Below, piece after piece: positions 1-9,986 of a DNA stretch of 32,256 bases. The position numbers and the translations under genes are program-made. Origin of the DNA: an uncultured Pseudomonadota bacterium (lineage in GTDB: Bacteria > SAR324 > NAC60-12). The DNA is taken from the NCBI GenBank assembly GCA_913020725.1, contig CAJWCD010000022.1:1-32256 (forward strand), read 5' to 3'. Positions within the stretch are counted from its first letter, which is position 1; each line of letters opens with the position of its first letter. A model generated the notes under the pieces. The model searched no databases and was not told where the DNA came from. It saw only the letters and a program-made list of their open reading frames with translations.

Positions 1-44
1 TGGAGAAGTATACCGAGCTAAAATCTGTCCTCACATTACTTTGA
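1..44 (+). CDS. 3' end of a probable aldehyde dehydrogenase (partial, runs off the window)
   Basis: The frame starting at position 3 reads EKYTELKSVLTLL-stop (TGA 42-44), resembling the typical ALDH C-terminus (xxYTExKxV). Only 13 codons are visible. Confidence 0.5.
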   Translation, partial: EKYTELKSVLTLL

Positions 45-74
45 AATCGGCATTGAACCAAAAGGCAGATTGAC

Positions 75-1166
75 ATGATTCCCCAACCCCGACCTTGTGT
101 GCTGGAACTTCCGGAGTATGTTCCCGGAGACCGTGAACTGAAAGGGATCGCCGAACCAATCAAGCTCTCCTCAAATGAGTCGACTCTCGGCCCCAGCCCG
201 CAGGCCTTGAAAGCGTATGCCGATGCGGCAACACAACTTCACCGCTATCCCGACCCTGATCAAAACGAACTGCGCGATGCACTCGCGGAGCACTTTGGCT
301 TAGCAGTTAACCAACTCATTTGCGGCAACGGCTCAGCAGAATTGATTCAGATCCTGATTCATGCCTATGTTGGCGAGGGTGACGAGGTGTTGCTGAGTGA
401 ATATGGATTTCCGCTCTACCGCATTTTTGCAATCTCACAGGGAGCGTCAGTGATTTCGTCAGCGGAAGTGGACTGCGTCACCAGTGTTGACCACCTGCTG
501 GAGTGCGTGACTCCAAAAACAAAACTGGTTGCCATCGCCAACCCAAACAATCCTACAGGCACCTACCTCTCCGGAAGTGAAGTGCGCCGACTCCATACCA
601 ACCTGCCAGCGCATGTGCTGTTGCTGCTAGATGAGGCGTATGCTGAGTATGTGACGGCAGAAGATTTTGAATCCGGATTGTTGTGGGCCACCGAAACCGA
701 AAATGTGGTGGTGGCCCGCACTTTCTCAAAGCTGTATGGACTTGCATCCCTGCGAATCGGTTGGATGCTCACACCCCGGCGAGCTTTTCAAACGATGCAA
801 CGCCTCCGCATCACCTTCAATGCCAACGGCTCGGCGCTGGCAACAGCGGTCGCCGCCCTGCATGATGTCAAGTACACTAAACACGTCCAGCAGCACAATC
901 AGCTATGGCGGAATCGCATGACCGATGATTTGGAAGCCCAAGGATTAAATGTGATTCCCAGCATGACGAACTTTCTGCTCATTCAGTTTCCGGACGAACC
1001 GAAATTAAACAGTGATGCTGCAGCAAATGCCTTGATGGACAACGGCATCATCCCGCGTCCTGTCAGTGCAGGAAGTCCAACCAACTGCTTGCGCATTACC
1101 ATTGGCAAATCCGAGGAAAATCAAGCGGTACTGAACACCCTCAAACAATTCATACAAGGAACTTGA
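75..1166 (+). CDS. HisC-like class II PLP aminotransferase (histidinol-phosphate or aromatic aminotransferase family)
   Basis: Motifs KLSSNE, RYPD, GNGS, ANPNNPTG, LDEAYAEY and RTFSKLYGLASLRIG (PLP lysine). The catabolic context argues against calling it the biosynthetic hisC. Confidence 0.88.
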   Translation: MIPQPRPCVLELPEYVPGDRELKGIAEPIKLSSNESTLGPSPQALKAYADAATQLHRYPDPDQNELRDALAEHFGLAVNQLICGNGSAELIQILIHAYVGEGDEVLLSEYGFPLYRIFAISQGASVISSAEVDCVTSVDHLLECVTPKTKLVAIANPNNPTGTYLSGSEVRRLHTNLPAHVLLLLDEAYAEYVTAEDFESGLLWATETENVVVARTFSKLYGLASLRIGWMLTPRRAFQTMQRLRITFNANGSALATAVAALHDVKYTKHVQQHNQLWRNRMTDDLEAQGLNVIPSMTNFLLIQFPDEPKLNSDAAANALMDNGIIPRPVSAGSPTNCLRITIGKSEENQAVLNTLKQFIQGT

Positions 1167-2737
1167 TGGCGGATTACGATATCGTCATTGCTGGCGGAGG
1201 GCACAATGCACTCGTCTGTGGAGCCGTGCTTGCTCGTGCTGGGCTGAGTGTAATGGTTGCAGAGCGTAACCCTTGGGTGGGCGGAGGGGTCATCACTAGA
1301 GAGGTCACACTTCCAGGATTCAAGCATGACCTCTACGGCTCCTCACATGTCTGGATTCACGCGAATGAAACCTTTAATGAACTGAAGCCCGAACTGGAGC
1401 AGTATGGCCTCAAGTACATTTGGGCGGAGGATCACATCACCGGACACCCCAACAAGGAAGGGCCGGGAATCATCGTTTACAAGAGCATCGAAAAAACCGT
1501 TGAAAGCATCTGCCAGTATTCCCGCAAGGACGCTCAGCGCTATCGTGAAATCTTTGATGAATTCGTCAACATCAAGGACGGGTTCATCAAAGGGATGTTC
1601 TCTCCACCCAGCCCGCCGAGCTATCTGCCCGCCGCGATGGAGAACAGCCGAGAAGGGCTACGGATGCTGCGCAGCTACAACCAAAGTGCCAAGGCCTTTG
1701 TGTTGGAGAACTTCGAAAATCCACATGTTCAGGCGTTCATTCTCGGCTGGGCGTTGGCTCCACAGCTTCTTCCGGATCAACAGGGAATTGGTCAAACCTT
1801 TTACATCATGATTCCGGCAATTCATTTTTATGGAGAATCGATTCCGGAGGGAGGGGCAATGATGCTCTCCAACGCACTGGTGAGCTACCTTGAAGCACAT
1901 GGAGGCACTGTTCGGACGAGTGCTTCGGTGAGTCAGTTCCTCGTTGATTCAAACAAGACTGCGCAGGGCATCCGCTTGGAGGACGGCACAGAAATCCTTG
2001 CGCGCAAGGCGGTGGTGACCAGCCTCGATCCCCAGCAAACCTTTCTACGTTTGATCGATGAGCAGCATCTAAATGAGGATTTTCTGCACATGGCCCGTAA
2101 TTTCTCCTTTGGGAAGGTTAGCATCTGCCGAGTGCATTACGCACTCAACGAAGCTCCGAGTTTCCTGAACGGAGAGGAAATGAGCCAGACGGCCTTCCAG
2201 CGCATCTTTGGTTCAATGGCCGACATTGACCGGCAGTATCAGGAAATTGCCGCAGGCATTGCTCCTACCAATCCATTTCTCTGGACCGCGTGTTGGACCA
2301 CGAAAGACCCCACCCGCGCTCCGGAGGGCAAGCACACCCTCATCATGGACACCTTCGTCCCAAATTGGTTGAACAATGGCGACCGCTGGGAGCATATCAA
2401 TGAGGATTATGTTCAGAACGTGCTGCTGTGCAAGTTGCAGGAATACACCTCCAACATGACGGAGAGCAACATCCTCGGACAGTACATTGACACCGCCGAA
2501 AGCCTCGCTCGCGACAACCTTTCGCTTGTCAACGGTACCACTACCGGTGGGGAGCGCATCCTCTCACAAAGTGGTTATTTTCGGCCTTTTCCAAACTATG
2601 CTCACTATCGCTCCCCCATCAAGAACCTCTACATGACTGGGCCTTCATGCCACCCTGGAGGGGGGATTTCTGCGATGGGGACCATCACCGCCAACGTGAT
2701 GTTGGAAGATTTTGGATTGAAATCCAAAGTATCTTGA
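1166..2737 (+). CDS. FAD-dependent oxidoreductase, phytoene desaturase-like family
   Basis: N-terminal GGGHNAL...VAERNPWVGG dinucleotide fold and C-terminal YRSPIKNLYMTGPSCHPGGGIS. The ATG at 1166 overlaps the upstream TGA (TGATG), suggesting translational coupling. Confidence 0.88.
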   Translation: MADYDIVIAGGGHNALVCGAVLARAGLSVMVAERNPWVGGGVITREVTLPGFKHDLYGSSHVWIHANETFNELKPELEQYGLKYIWAEDHITGHPNKEGPGIIVYKSIEKTVESICQYSRKDAQRYREIFDEFVNIKDGFIKGMFSPPSPPSYLPAAMENSREGLRMLRSYNQSAKAFVLENFENPHVQAFILGWALAPQLLPDQQGIGQTFYIMIPAIHFYGESIPEGGAMMLSNALVSYLEAHGGTVRTSASVSQFLVDSNKTAQGIRLEDGTEILARKAVVTSLDPQQTFLRLIDEQHLNEDFLHMARNFSFGKVSICRVHYALNEAPSFLNGEEMSQTAFQRIFGSMADIDRQYQEIAAGIAPTNPFLWTACWTTKDPTRAPEGKHTLIMDTFVPNWLNNGDRWEHINEDYVQNVLLCKLQEYTSNMTESNILGQYIDTAESLARDNLSLVNGTTTGGERILSQSGYFRPFPNYAHYRSPIKNLYMTGPSCHPGGGISAMGTITANVMLEDFGLKSKVS

Positions 2738-2758
2738 ACCACGAACCTAAAGAATTAC

Positions 2759-3916
2759 ATGCCACAGCGCATTGAAAAATACACGGGTATGATCATCCAA
2801 CCTGCGGTGACCGTCGCCAAAACCCGTGCTGACATCCAGAAAAACCTGAACCGCGTGTGCAAGTTGATCGATTTCGGAGTGGGGTATTTCTGGGAACGGC
2901 CTGTGCGTCTAGTCGTGTTGCCCGAGTATTTCCTGCAAGGCGTGACCACTCCGGGTAAGGGCGAGGCTGGACTCAAGGAGTTCATGGACAAGGCGATCAC
3001 CATTCCCGGACCGGAAATGAACGTGCTGGCTGAGAAGGCTCGCGAGTATAACCTGTTCATTTCCGGAGGTGGGGTTATTGAATTGCTCCCTGAGTTTCCG
3101 GATCGCTGGTTCAACACGGCATTCATCATTGCTCCATCCGGAGAGGTGATCCTCAAGTACCACAAGTGGCATATTCCAGCTTCCATCGGGATGGGCACCA
3201 GCCCACACGACATGCTGGACGACTACACCAAGGTTTTTGGCAACGACATCCGTCAGCGCTTCCCGGTGGTGGACACGGAAATCGGCAAACTCGGGGCAAT
3301 GACCTGTCACGATGGAGCCACCCCGGAGGTCTCCCGTGCGCTTGGGTTCAACGGGGTTGAAGTGATCTGCCATCCCACCGCGATGCAAGAGATTGAGGGC
3401 ACCAGTCAGCCATGGGACTTTTGGACATTCACCCGTCGGACACGTGCCCATGACAACATGTGCTACATTCTGGGATCCAACTGGGGCACCGTGGAGCATG
3501 AATATTACCCCAAGGGTTTCTGTCCCGGACACTCACTGATTGTTGATTACACAGGAATGCTATTGCGACAGGCGGCCTATCCAGAGGAACAGGTCATCAC
3601 CGCGACCATTGACATCGAATCCCTGCGGGAACACAGGACGATCATCAACCACAACATGTGGATTGACGTGCGCACGGAAGGGTTCCGTGAGATTTACGAA
3701 AAATCACTCTATCCCCCCAACCGCTTCCCGGCAGGCCGACCCCCGAAAACTCAAGCTGACAAGATTGAGACCACCAAAACCGTGATGGAACGCCTCTACG
3801 GTCGCGGACAGTTCATTCCTCCCCACGGGATTCGTCCGGAGGAGATGCCACAAGTCTTGGAGGAACGAGTCAAGCGGGCGCAGTCGCTTGGGATTTTGCG
3901 TAGGGAGGAGGATTGA
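2759..3916 (+). CDS. Nitrilase/carbon-nitrogen hydrolase superfamily amidase with C-terminal extension
   Basis: Catalytic triad motifs LPEY (Glu), YHKWH (Lys) and TCHDG (Cys). Confidence 0.88.
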   Translation: MPQRIEKYTGMIIQPAVTVAKTRADIQKNLNRVCKLIDFGVGYFWERPVRLVVLPEYFLQGVTTPGKGEAGLKEFMDKAITIPGPEMNVLAEKAREYNLFISGGGVIELLPEFPDRWFNTAFIIAPSGEVILKYHKWHIPASIGMGTSPHDMLDDYTKVFGNDIRQRFPVVDTEIGKLGAMTCHDGATPEVSRALGFNGVEVICHPTAMQEIEGTSQPWDFWTFTRRTRAHDNMCYILGSNWGTVEHEYYPKGFCPGHSLIVDYTGMLLRQAAYPEEQVITATIDIESLREHRTIINHNMWIDVRTEGFREIYEKSLYPPNRFPAGRPPKTQADKIETTKTVMERLYGRGQFIPPHGIRPEEMPQVLEERVKRAQSLGILRREED

Positions 3917-3919
3917 GCG

Positions 3920-4219
3920 ATGAAGGTCGTGAGCAAACTGGTTAATCTGGAATTGCACATTGGCCGCATTGAACGACGCGGTAAAGCGCTTTTGGTTCAC
4001 AGTGATCCGGAGCGATCCATGCCGACCACCATTCACATTGCTCCCAGCGATGTCGTGGAAATTCTGAAGGTGATGCTGAAGAGCCCGGGGCTGTGGCAAT
4101 TTCTGCTGTTGATGCCGTGGTTTGGTTTCGTGTCCGAAAAACCCGGCAAGGTTGAATCCACAACCGACTCGAATCCACACCCCCCCTCCGGACCTCAAAA
4201 ATGGGATCCGTGGGATTGA
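3920..4219 (+). CDS. Small hypothetical protein with one hydrophobic segment
   Basis: 99-aa ORF starting 3 nt after the amidase stop, with a strong SD (GGAGGAGG) upstream. Confidence 0.65.
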   Translation: MKVVSKLVNLELHIGRIERRGKALLVHSDPERSMPTTIHIAPSDVVEILKVMLKSPGLWQFLLLMPWFGFVSEKPGKVESTTDSNPHPPSGPQKWDPWD

Positions 4220-4434
4220 GCATTACTTACTTTACCGCAGACGCCAATTCAAAACGGGAGTATACCCCACTCCTGAGCATCTGTGGCTAATCTGACAGGG
4301 GGGGATTTAAACAAAGGAGGGCTTATGGATTAAAAATCAGTGACATCCGCGTTGATGTGAAAATCGTAATTAATCTTTAAAAATCTAATCAAGAGGAGGT
4401 TGAATAGACCCCTCACTCATAATGGAGAAACGAT

Positions 4435-5673
4435 ATGAGAATGTTCAAACAACAAAGACCTGCAAAGTTCGTGTTTGTGGGATTGATGGCCGCAAGCATG
4501 CTGGCCTTTGCTCCCATCCTGTGGGCTGGGGGAGATGTGGTACATTGGTGGGTCGGAGATGCCGAATCCAAGGCGCTCAAGGTGATCGTCGATGAGTTTG
4601 AGCGCGGCGGAGGCAAGTGGATTGATTCGCCACAAAACGACTCTGAAGCAGCGCATACTTCAGTGAAATCCCGTGTAATCGGCGGGAATCCTCCGGCAGC
4701 CGTTTTGATGGTGGTGGGCTCCGCCTCCCAAGAATGGGCAGAAGGTGGATTGCTCAATGACGTTGATTCGGTCGCCAAGGCCGAGAACTGGGATGCAGTG
4801 CTTCCTGACGGGGTGGCTTCCGCTTCCAAGCAGAATGGGAAGTACATCGCTGCTCCTGTCTTTATCAGCACAGTCAACTGGCGATATGCCAACCTGTCCG
4901 TGCTTCAGTCTGCTGGGGTGGATGAGCCGATGAGTTGGGGGGCGTTCATGACCTCTCTGCCCCGTATTCAGAAAGCCGGTTATGTTCCCATTGCGGTGGG
5001 AGGACAGGACTGGCAGGAAACTCTGCTCTTTGACCATGTTGCCTTGGGAGCGGGAGGACCACAGTACTTCCGGGAATTGCTGGATGGCAACATGGACACC
5101 ATCGATAGCGATGACACCACTCGGGTGTTCGCTGCCATGCGGACTTTGGTGCCGTATACCGACGCGGGCAAGGCCGGACGGGGCTGGGGAGACACCAACA
5201 ACCTTGTGATTACAGGCAAGGCCGCCTTCTTCTTTATGGGCGACTGGGCGAAAGGTGGTTTTCTTCAAGCCAATAAAACTCCCGGAGAGGATTTCTCCTG
5301 CCACATCTCTCCGGGGTCTGGCATGGTCTTGACCGCAGTTGACGGTTTTGCCTTCCCCAAAACCTCATCTTCCAGTGATCAAGCTATTCAGGGGAAGTTG
5401 GCCTCTGCGATGATGAACAAGGATGTTCAAAGCAAGGCGGCTTTGATCAAGGGAGCTTTGCCAGCTCGCACAGATGCTTCGACAGAAGGGTTCGATCACT
5501 GCTCCCAAAACGCACTCCGCTTGCTGGCAAACGGGAGTGCTGCGTTGCACTGGAACGTCCGTGCCTCTGGATTCAACGGTGTGCTGAAGGACGTGGTCAG
5601 TCAGTTCTGGAATTCAGACATGTCTGCCGCACAAGCCCGCAAGATACTGGTGGACGGACTCAATCAACTGTAA
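4435..5673 (+). CDS. Carbohydrate ABC transporter substrate-binding protein (GtsA-like)
   Basis: Signal peptide followed by VVHWW..DAE.KAL, GKAAFFFMGDW and VDGFAFP. First gene of a four-gene CUT1-type set; GGAG SD upstream. Confidence 0.85.
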   Translation: MRMFKQQRPAKFVFVGLMAASMLAFAPILWAGGDVVHWWVGDAESKALKVIVDEFERGGGKWIDSPQNDSEAAHTSVKSRVIGGNPPAAVLMVVGSASQEWAEGGLLNDVDSVAKAENWDAVLPDGVASASKQNGKYIAAPVFISTVNWRYANLSVLQSAGVDEPMSWGAFMTSLPRIQKAGYVPIAVGGQDWQETLLFDHVALGAGGPQYFRELLDGNMDTIDSDDTTRVFAAMRTLVPYTDAGKAGRGWGDTNNLVITGKAAFFFMGDWAKGGFLQANKTPGEDFSCHISPGSGMVLTAVDGFAFPKTSSSSDQAIQGKLASAMMNKDVQSKAALIKGALPARTDASTEGFDHCSQNALRLLANGSAALHWNVRASGFNGVLKDVVSQFWNSDMSAAQARKILVDGLNQL

Positions 5674-5751
5674 ATTTCTGAACCCCACTTATCCACAAAG
5701 GCGGTGGCGGCGATTATGCTGCCATCACCTTCGTCTTGCCGAGGCCCAGTG

Positions 5752-6621
5752 ATGCAGAGCCGTTCCCATGTGCTGACCTCTCAACTGGTCTTGGTTCCCA
5801 CCTTAATCATCGTGGTGTACTTCCTGTGGGGTTTCACGCTCTACACGGGCTACCTTTCCTTCACCGACTCCAAATTTCTCCCGAGCCACAATTGGATCGG
5901 GTTCAAGCATTATGAACTGCTCTGGTCTAACCACCGCTGGAAAATTGCCTATGCCAATATGTTCATTTTCGGCGGGCTTTACCTGTTTCTCTGTGTGCTA
6001 ATTGGAGGCTTGTTGGCGGTCCTACTTGACCAACGCATACGCTTGGAAAACTTTTTCCGCTCTGCCTTCCTCTACCCCATGTCACTTTCCTTAGTAGTGA
6101 CAGGACTTGCATGGCAATGGATTCTCAATCCCACATTAGGTTTGCAGAAACTTGCTCACGATTTAGGATTCCACGATTTTACCCTTGACTGGCTCGGTTC
6201 CTCCAAATATGCGATTTACACAGTGGTTCTCGCTGCCGTCTGGCATGGTTCCGGACTGATCATGGTGTTGTTCTTGGCCGGACTGAGAGCGGTGGATGAA
6301 GACATCTGGAAATCCATTCGCGTGGAGGGCATTCCAGCGTGGAGAGCCTATCTGTCCATCATTCTGCCTCAGTTGCGCTCCATCTTGCTTGCAGCCATTC
6401 TGCTACTGACATTCAATGTCATTCGCAGTTTTGATCTCGTGGTTGCATTGACTTCCGGAGGTCCGGGCTTCGCATCAGATGTTCCTGCCAAATTCATTTA
6501 CGATTACTTTTTTTCGCGATCCAATATTGCCAGAGGGTCAGCAGCAGCGGTCTGCACCGTCTTGACCGTGTTTCTGATCATTCTGCCCTACCTCTATCAC
6601 GAACTCCGAAAACAGAAATGA
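5752..6621 (+). CDS. Carbohydrate ABC transporter permease 1
   Basis: Multiple TM segments and an EAA-like loop (LAGLRAVDEDIWKSIRVEG). Start is uncertain (ATG 5752 or upstream GTG 5704). Confidence 0.88.
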   Translation: MQSRSHVLTSQLVLVPTLIIVVYFLWGFTLYTGYLSFTDSKFLPSHNWIGFKHYELLWSNHRWKIAYANMFIFGGLYLFLCVLIGGLLAVLLDQRIRLENFFRSAFLYPMSLSLVVTGLAWQWILNPTLGLQKLAHDLGFHDFTLDWLGSSKYAIYTVVLAAVWHGSGLIMVLFLAGLRAVDEDIWKSIRVEGIPAWRAYLSIILPQLRSILLAAILLLTFNVIRSFDLVVALTSGGPGFASDVPAKFIYDYFFSRSNIARGSAAAVCTVLTVFLIILPYLYHELRKQK

Positions 6622-7484
6622 GACCACCTGACGCACCTTTTTCTTGGCAGCGTGTTGCTCTTTATTTTTGCCTCTGCGTGTTTCTGGTGTTCTTTCTGGC
6701 CCCCCTGTATGTGATGCTCATGACCTCGTTCAAATCGCTGGAGGAAATTCGGGAATCCAACCTGTTGTTGCCTCCACAATTCTGGTTCTTCGAGGGCTGG
6801 TCCAAAGCGTGGGATCATGCCTGTGTCGGGCTTAGTTGCAATGGGGTCAAGCCGCACTTCATGGCGACCTTTGCAATCACGATCCCTGCATTGATGCTGG
6901 CGGTCTTCATTGGCGCCCTCAACGGTTATGCCCTCACCCAGTGGAAATTCCGGGGTTCGGATCTGCTCCTTGGGGGGCTACTGATGGGCTGCTTCATGCC
7001 CTTTCAACTTTACCTCATCCCCATCGCAATCACCCTGCGTGAACTCGGTATTTTCGGCACGGCATTAGGTTTGATTTTGCTCCACACAGTGTATGGTGTG
7101 CCGTTGGCAACACTGCTGTTTCGCAACTACTATGTCACGCTACCACCAGAATTAATGAAAGCAGCTTTGATTGATGGCGCAGGTTTTTTCCGCATCTTCT
7201 TCCACATCGTCCTCCCAATGTCACCCTCAATCATCATGGTGGCGGTCATCCTCATCTTCACCGGAATTTACAACGATTTCATTTTTGCCCTCACCTTTGG
7301 AGAAGTGGGACAGCAACCGGTCATGGCCGCTTTGAACAACATTGTCAACTCGACCTATGGCGTAAAGGAACACAACGTCAACATGGCAGCCACGCTGCTC
7401 ACTGCCCTGCCCACGTTGTTCATTTACCTTGTGGCCGGGAAATTCTTCATCCGTGGATTGACTTCCGGAGCCGTCAAAGGATAA
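6618..7484 (+). CDS. Carbohydrate ABC transporter permease 2
   Basis: EAA loop LPPELMKAALIDGAG and typical C-terminus FIRGLTSGAVKG; ATGA overlap with permease 1. Confidence 0.9.
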   Translation: MRPPDAPFSWQRVALYFCLCVFLVFFLAPLYVMLMTSFKSLEEIRESNLLLPPQFWFFEGWSKAWDHACVGLSCNGVKPHFMATFAITIPALMLAVFIGALNGYALTQWKFRGSDLLLGGLLMGCFMPFQLYLIPIAITLRELGIFGTALGLILLHTVYGVPLATLLFRNYYVTLPPELMKAALIDGAGFFRIFFHIVLPMSPSIIMVAVILIFTGIYNDFIFALTFGEVGQQPVMAALNNIVNSTYGVKEHNVNMAATLLTALPTLFIYLVAGKFFIRGLTSGAVKG

Positions 7485-7494
7485 GCCAAAGCTC

Positions 7495-8592
7495 ATGTCT
7501 CTGACCATCAAAAACCTCAGTAAGCAGTTCGACACAATTCTGGTGTTGAAGAACATCAATCTGGAAATCCAGCAAGGAGAATTTCTCGTTCTCTTGGGAC
7601 CTTCCGGATGTGGCAAATCCACCCTCTTGAACTGTGTTGCTGGCTTGGAAGCCATTGAAGATGAGGGGTGCATTCTGATTAACGGTCAAGAGGTCACGGA
7701 CAAAGCACCAAAGGACCGCAACATCGCGATGGTTTTCCAGTCCTACGCGCTCTATCCCACCATGACAGTTCGGAAGAACATCACCTTCGGCCTGCAATGC
7801 CGAAGGACGCCCAAAGTTCAAATTGAACAAACCCTGCGAAAAACCGTAGAACTGCTGCAAATCAGCGACTTGTTGGAGCGTAAACCCGCAGCGCTTTCCG
7901 GAGGCCAGCGCCAGCGAGTGGCAATCGCACGGGCACTGGTGCATGAGCCGGATGTCTTCCTCCTTGATGAACCGATGAGCAACCTTGACGCGAAGTTGCG
8001 GGCGGAGATGCGTGTTGAACTGAAGAACCTGCACCGCAGGCTTAATGCCACCATCGTTTTTGTCACACACGATCAGGTTGAAGCCATGACATTGGCGACC
8101 AAGATTGCCGTGTTGAATCAAGGGGTCATGCAACAGGTTGGCTCCCCCGATGAGGTGTACCACACTCCGGAAAACCGCTTCGTGGCCGAGTTCATTGGCA
8201 CCCCCAGAATGAATTTAATCCCCGGGAAACTAGCCCAATCTGAGGGTAAAGTGTGGGTGCAATCAAACGGTCTGCGTTTCCCGGCAGGCCACTACCCGTT
8301 CAGAGAACCACCCAACGAGGGCCGCCCCGTGGTTTTAGGGGTGCGCCCTGAAAATGTTCATGCCACTCTAGGAGATCGAGAAGAACGCACCACGCTTGGC
8401 GTGGACGTGCGGGTCTCCAACGTGGAAAACATGGGGGCCGACTTGAGCGTCTTTTGTGAATATCAGGACACACAACTCATCGGGCGGTTCTTGAAAACTT
8501 CTGAAAAACCCAGCTATGGAGAACAAATCCGTGTCTGGATGGATTGTGCAGGTTGTTCGATCTTCTGCCAATCCACCGGAGAGCGGTTGTGA
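7495..8592 (+). CDS. MalK/UgpC-like ABC ATPase
   Basis: Walker A GPSGCGKST, signature LSGGQRQR, Walker B LLDEP and FVTHDQ. Confidence 0.93.
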   Translation: MSLTIKNLSKQFDTILVLKNINLEIQQGEFLVLLGPSGCGKSTLLNCVAGLEAIEDEGCILINGQEVTDKAPKDRNIAMVFQSYALYPTMTVRKNITFGLQCRRTPKVQIEQTLRKTVELLQISDLLERKPAALSGGQRQRVAIARALVHEPDVFLLDEPMSNLDAKLRAEMRVELKNLHRRLNATIVFVTHDQVEAMTLATKIAVLNQGVMQQVGSPDEVYHTPENRFVAEFIGTPRMNLIPGKLAQSEGKVWVQSNGLRFPAGHYPFREPPNEGRPVVLGVRPENVHATLGDREERTTLGVDVRVSNVENMGADLSVFCEYQDTQLIGRFLKTSEKPSYGEQIRVWMDCAGCSIFCQSTGERL

Positions 8593-9983
8593 CCGAGGTA
8601 AAAACCCAACACGTCCCCTGGTCAACACTAACCCAAGAAGGCCACCTGTCCCGCTTGCTGCTGCTGTGTTTCGGGGTTTGGCTCTATGCGGCGGATGCCA
8701 CTCTGGTGGCCACCGTGATGCCGGTCGCCGTGGAAGACATCGGTGGGTTACCCTACCTGAGTTGGACTTATTCGCTCTACCAACTCGGCTCTGTGGCGAC
8801 TGGAGCCATCGCAGGCTTGGTGGTCCTCCGCACAGGGATTGCCAAGGCACAAATTCTCGCTGGAATTTTCTATGTCCTTGGTTGCACCCTCAGTGGCTAT
8901 GCTCCGGACATGCCCACCATGATCGTTGGCCGTCTCATGCAGGGCATGGGCGGTGGCGGGCTGGTATCACTGGCGTTTATCGGTGCGTCCACTCTGTTTC
9001 CGAAAAAATTGTGGGTGCGGATCATCGCTGTGATTTCCGGAGTCTGGGGCGTGTCTTCCTTGTGCGGCCCGCTGATTGGAGGGTATTTTGTAGCCGGGGG
9101 GAACTGGCGTGGAGCGTTTTGGGCGTTTGCGGCACAGGGCTTGGTTGCCGTGCTGGTGGCCCCACCGCTCTTAAGTCGGCAGTTCCAGACGCAAAAGGAA
9201 CAGACGCAGGTGATGCCCTTGGCACGGCTAGGTCTTTTAGGCATCGCGGTGTTGGCGATCTGTCAAGCCGGAGTGATGACCTCCACTGGGGTCGCCAGCG
9301 GCTTATGTGTCGGAGGCGTTCTGCTGCTGTTGCTCTTTCTAAAACGGGATGCGGGTAGCCAGAATCGTATTTTTCCACAAGGCATCCTCAACCCCCGGAC
9401 GATCTCCGGGTCCGGCCTGCTGATGATGTCGTCCCTCTTCATGGCAACCATCTCGCTGACGGTCTATGGCCCCCTCCTCATGTACATCATCTTTGGGGCA
9501 GAGCCGTTGATTGCAGGTTACATCATTGCCTTGGAGTCACTGGGTTGGACTGTTGCGGCGATCACCACGTCCGGTGTCAGCGAACGCATGGAGTCACGCC
9601 TGATCCGGTTGGGATCGGTCTTCGTGAGTAGTTCGATGGTGGGCTTGATCTACGCCATGCCCGCAGGTCCGCTTTGGTTGATCGCTCTGTTCGCGACTTG
9701 CATGGGCGTGGGCTTTGGCATGTCTTGGAGCTTTGTGTCCAAGCGTATCATCGCCAACGTTCCAGAAGCAGAGCGCACCCAGGCATCGGCATCCATCCCC
9801 ACTTTCATGCGGGTGTCAATGGCGTTGGGATCGGCCCTCAGCGGCATCATTGCCAACTTCTCCGGATTTTCTGAAGAAAGCAGCGTGGAAGTTGCGCAGA
9901 ATGTCGCGTTCTGGTGTTTTGCTGCCTTTATCCCACTAATGCTGGTCGGACTCATCAACGCATGGCGCGTCAGCAGAAATTGA
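8589..9983 (+). CDS. MFS transporter (DHA2-like, 14-TM type)
   Basis: Highly hydrophobic, with GRLMQGMGGG and GPLIGG..WRGAF motifs. Probable GTG start at 8589 overlapping the ATPase stop (GTGA). Confidence 0.85.
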   Translation: MTEVKTQHVPWSTLTQEGHLSRLLLLCFGVWLYAADATLVATVMPVAVEDIGGLPYLSWTYSLYQLGSVATGAIAGLVVLRTGIAKAQILAGIFYVLGCTLSGYAPDMPTMIVGRLMQGMGGGGLVSLAFIGASTLFPKKLWVRIIAVISGVWGVSSLCGPLIGGYFVAGGNWRGAFWAFAAQGLVAVLVAPPLLSRQFQTQKEQTQVMPLARLGLLGIAVLAICQAGVMTSTGVASGLCVGGVLLLLLFLKRDAGSQNRIFPQGILNPRTISGSGLLMMSSLFMATISLTVYGPLLMYIIFGAEPLIAGYIIALESLGWTVAAITTSGVSERMESRLIRLGSVFVSSSMVGLIYAMPAGPLWLIALFATCMGVGFGMSWSFVSKRIIANVPEAERTQASASIPTFMRVSMALGSALSGIIANFSGFSEESSVEVAQNVAFWCFAAFIPLMLVGLINAWRVSRN

Positions 9984-9986
9984 ATC

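Noticed and set aside
1166..2737. Carotenoid biosynthesis gene crtI
   Set aside because: No crtB, crtE or crtY nearby; the neighbours are nitrogen-catabolic enzymes.
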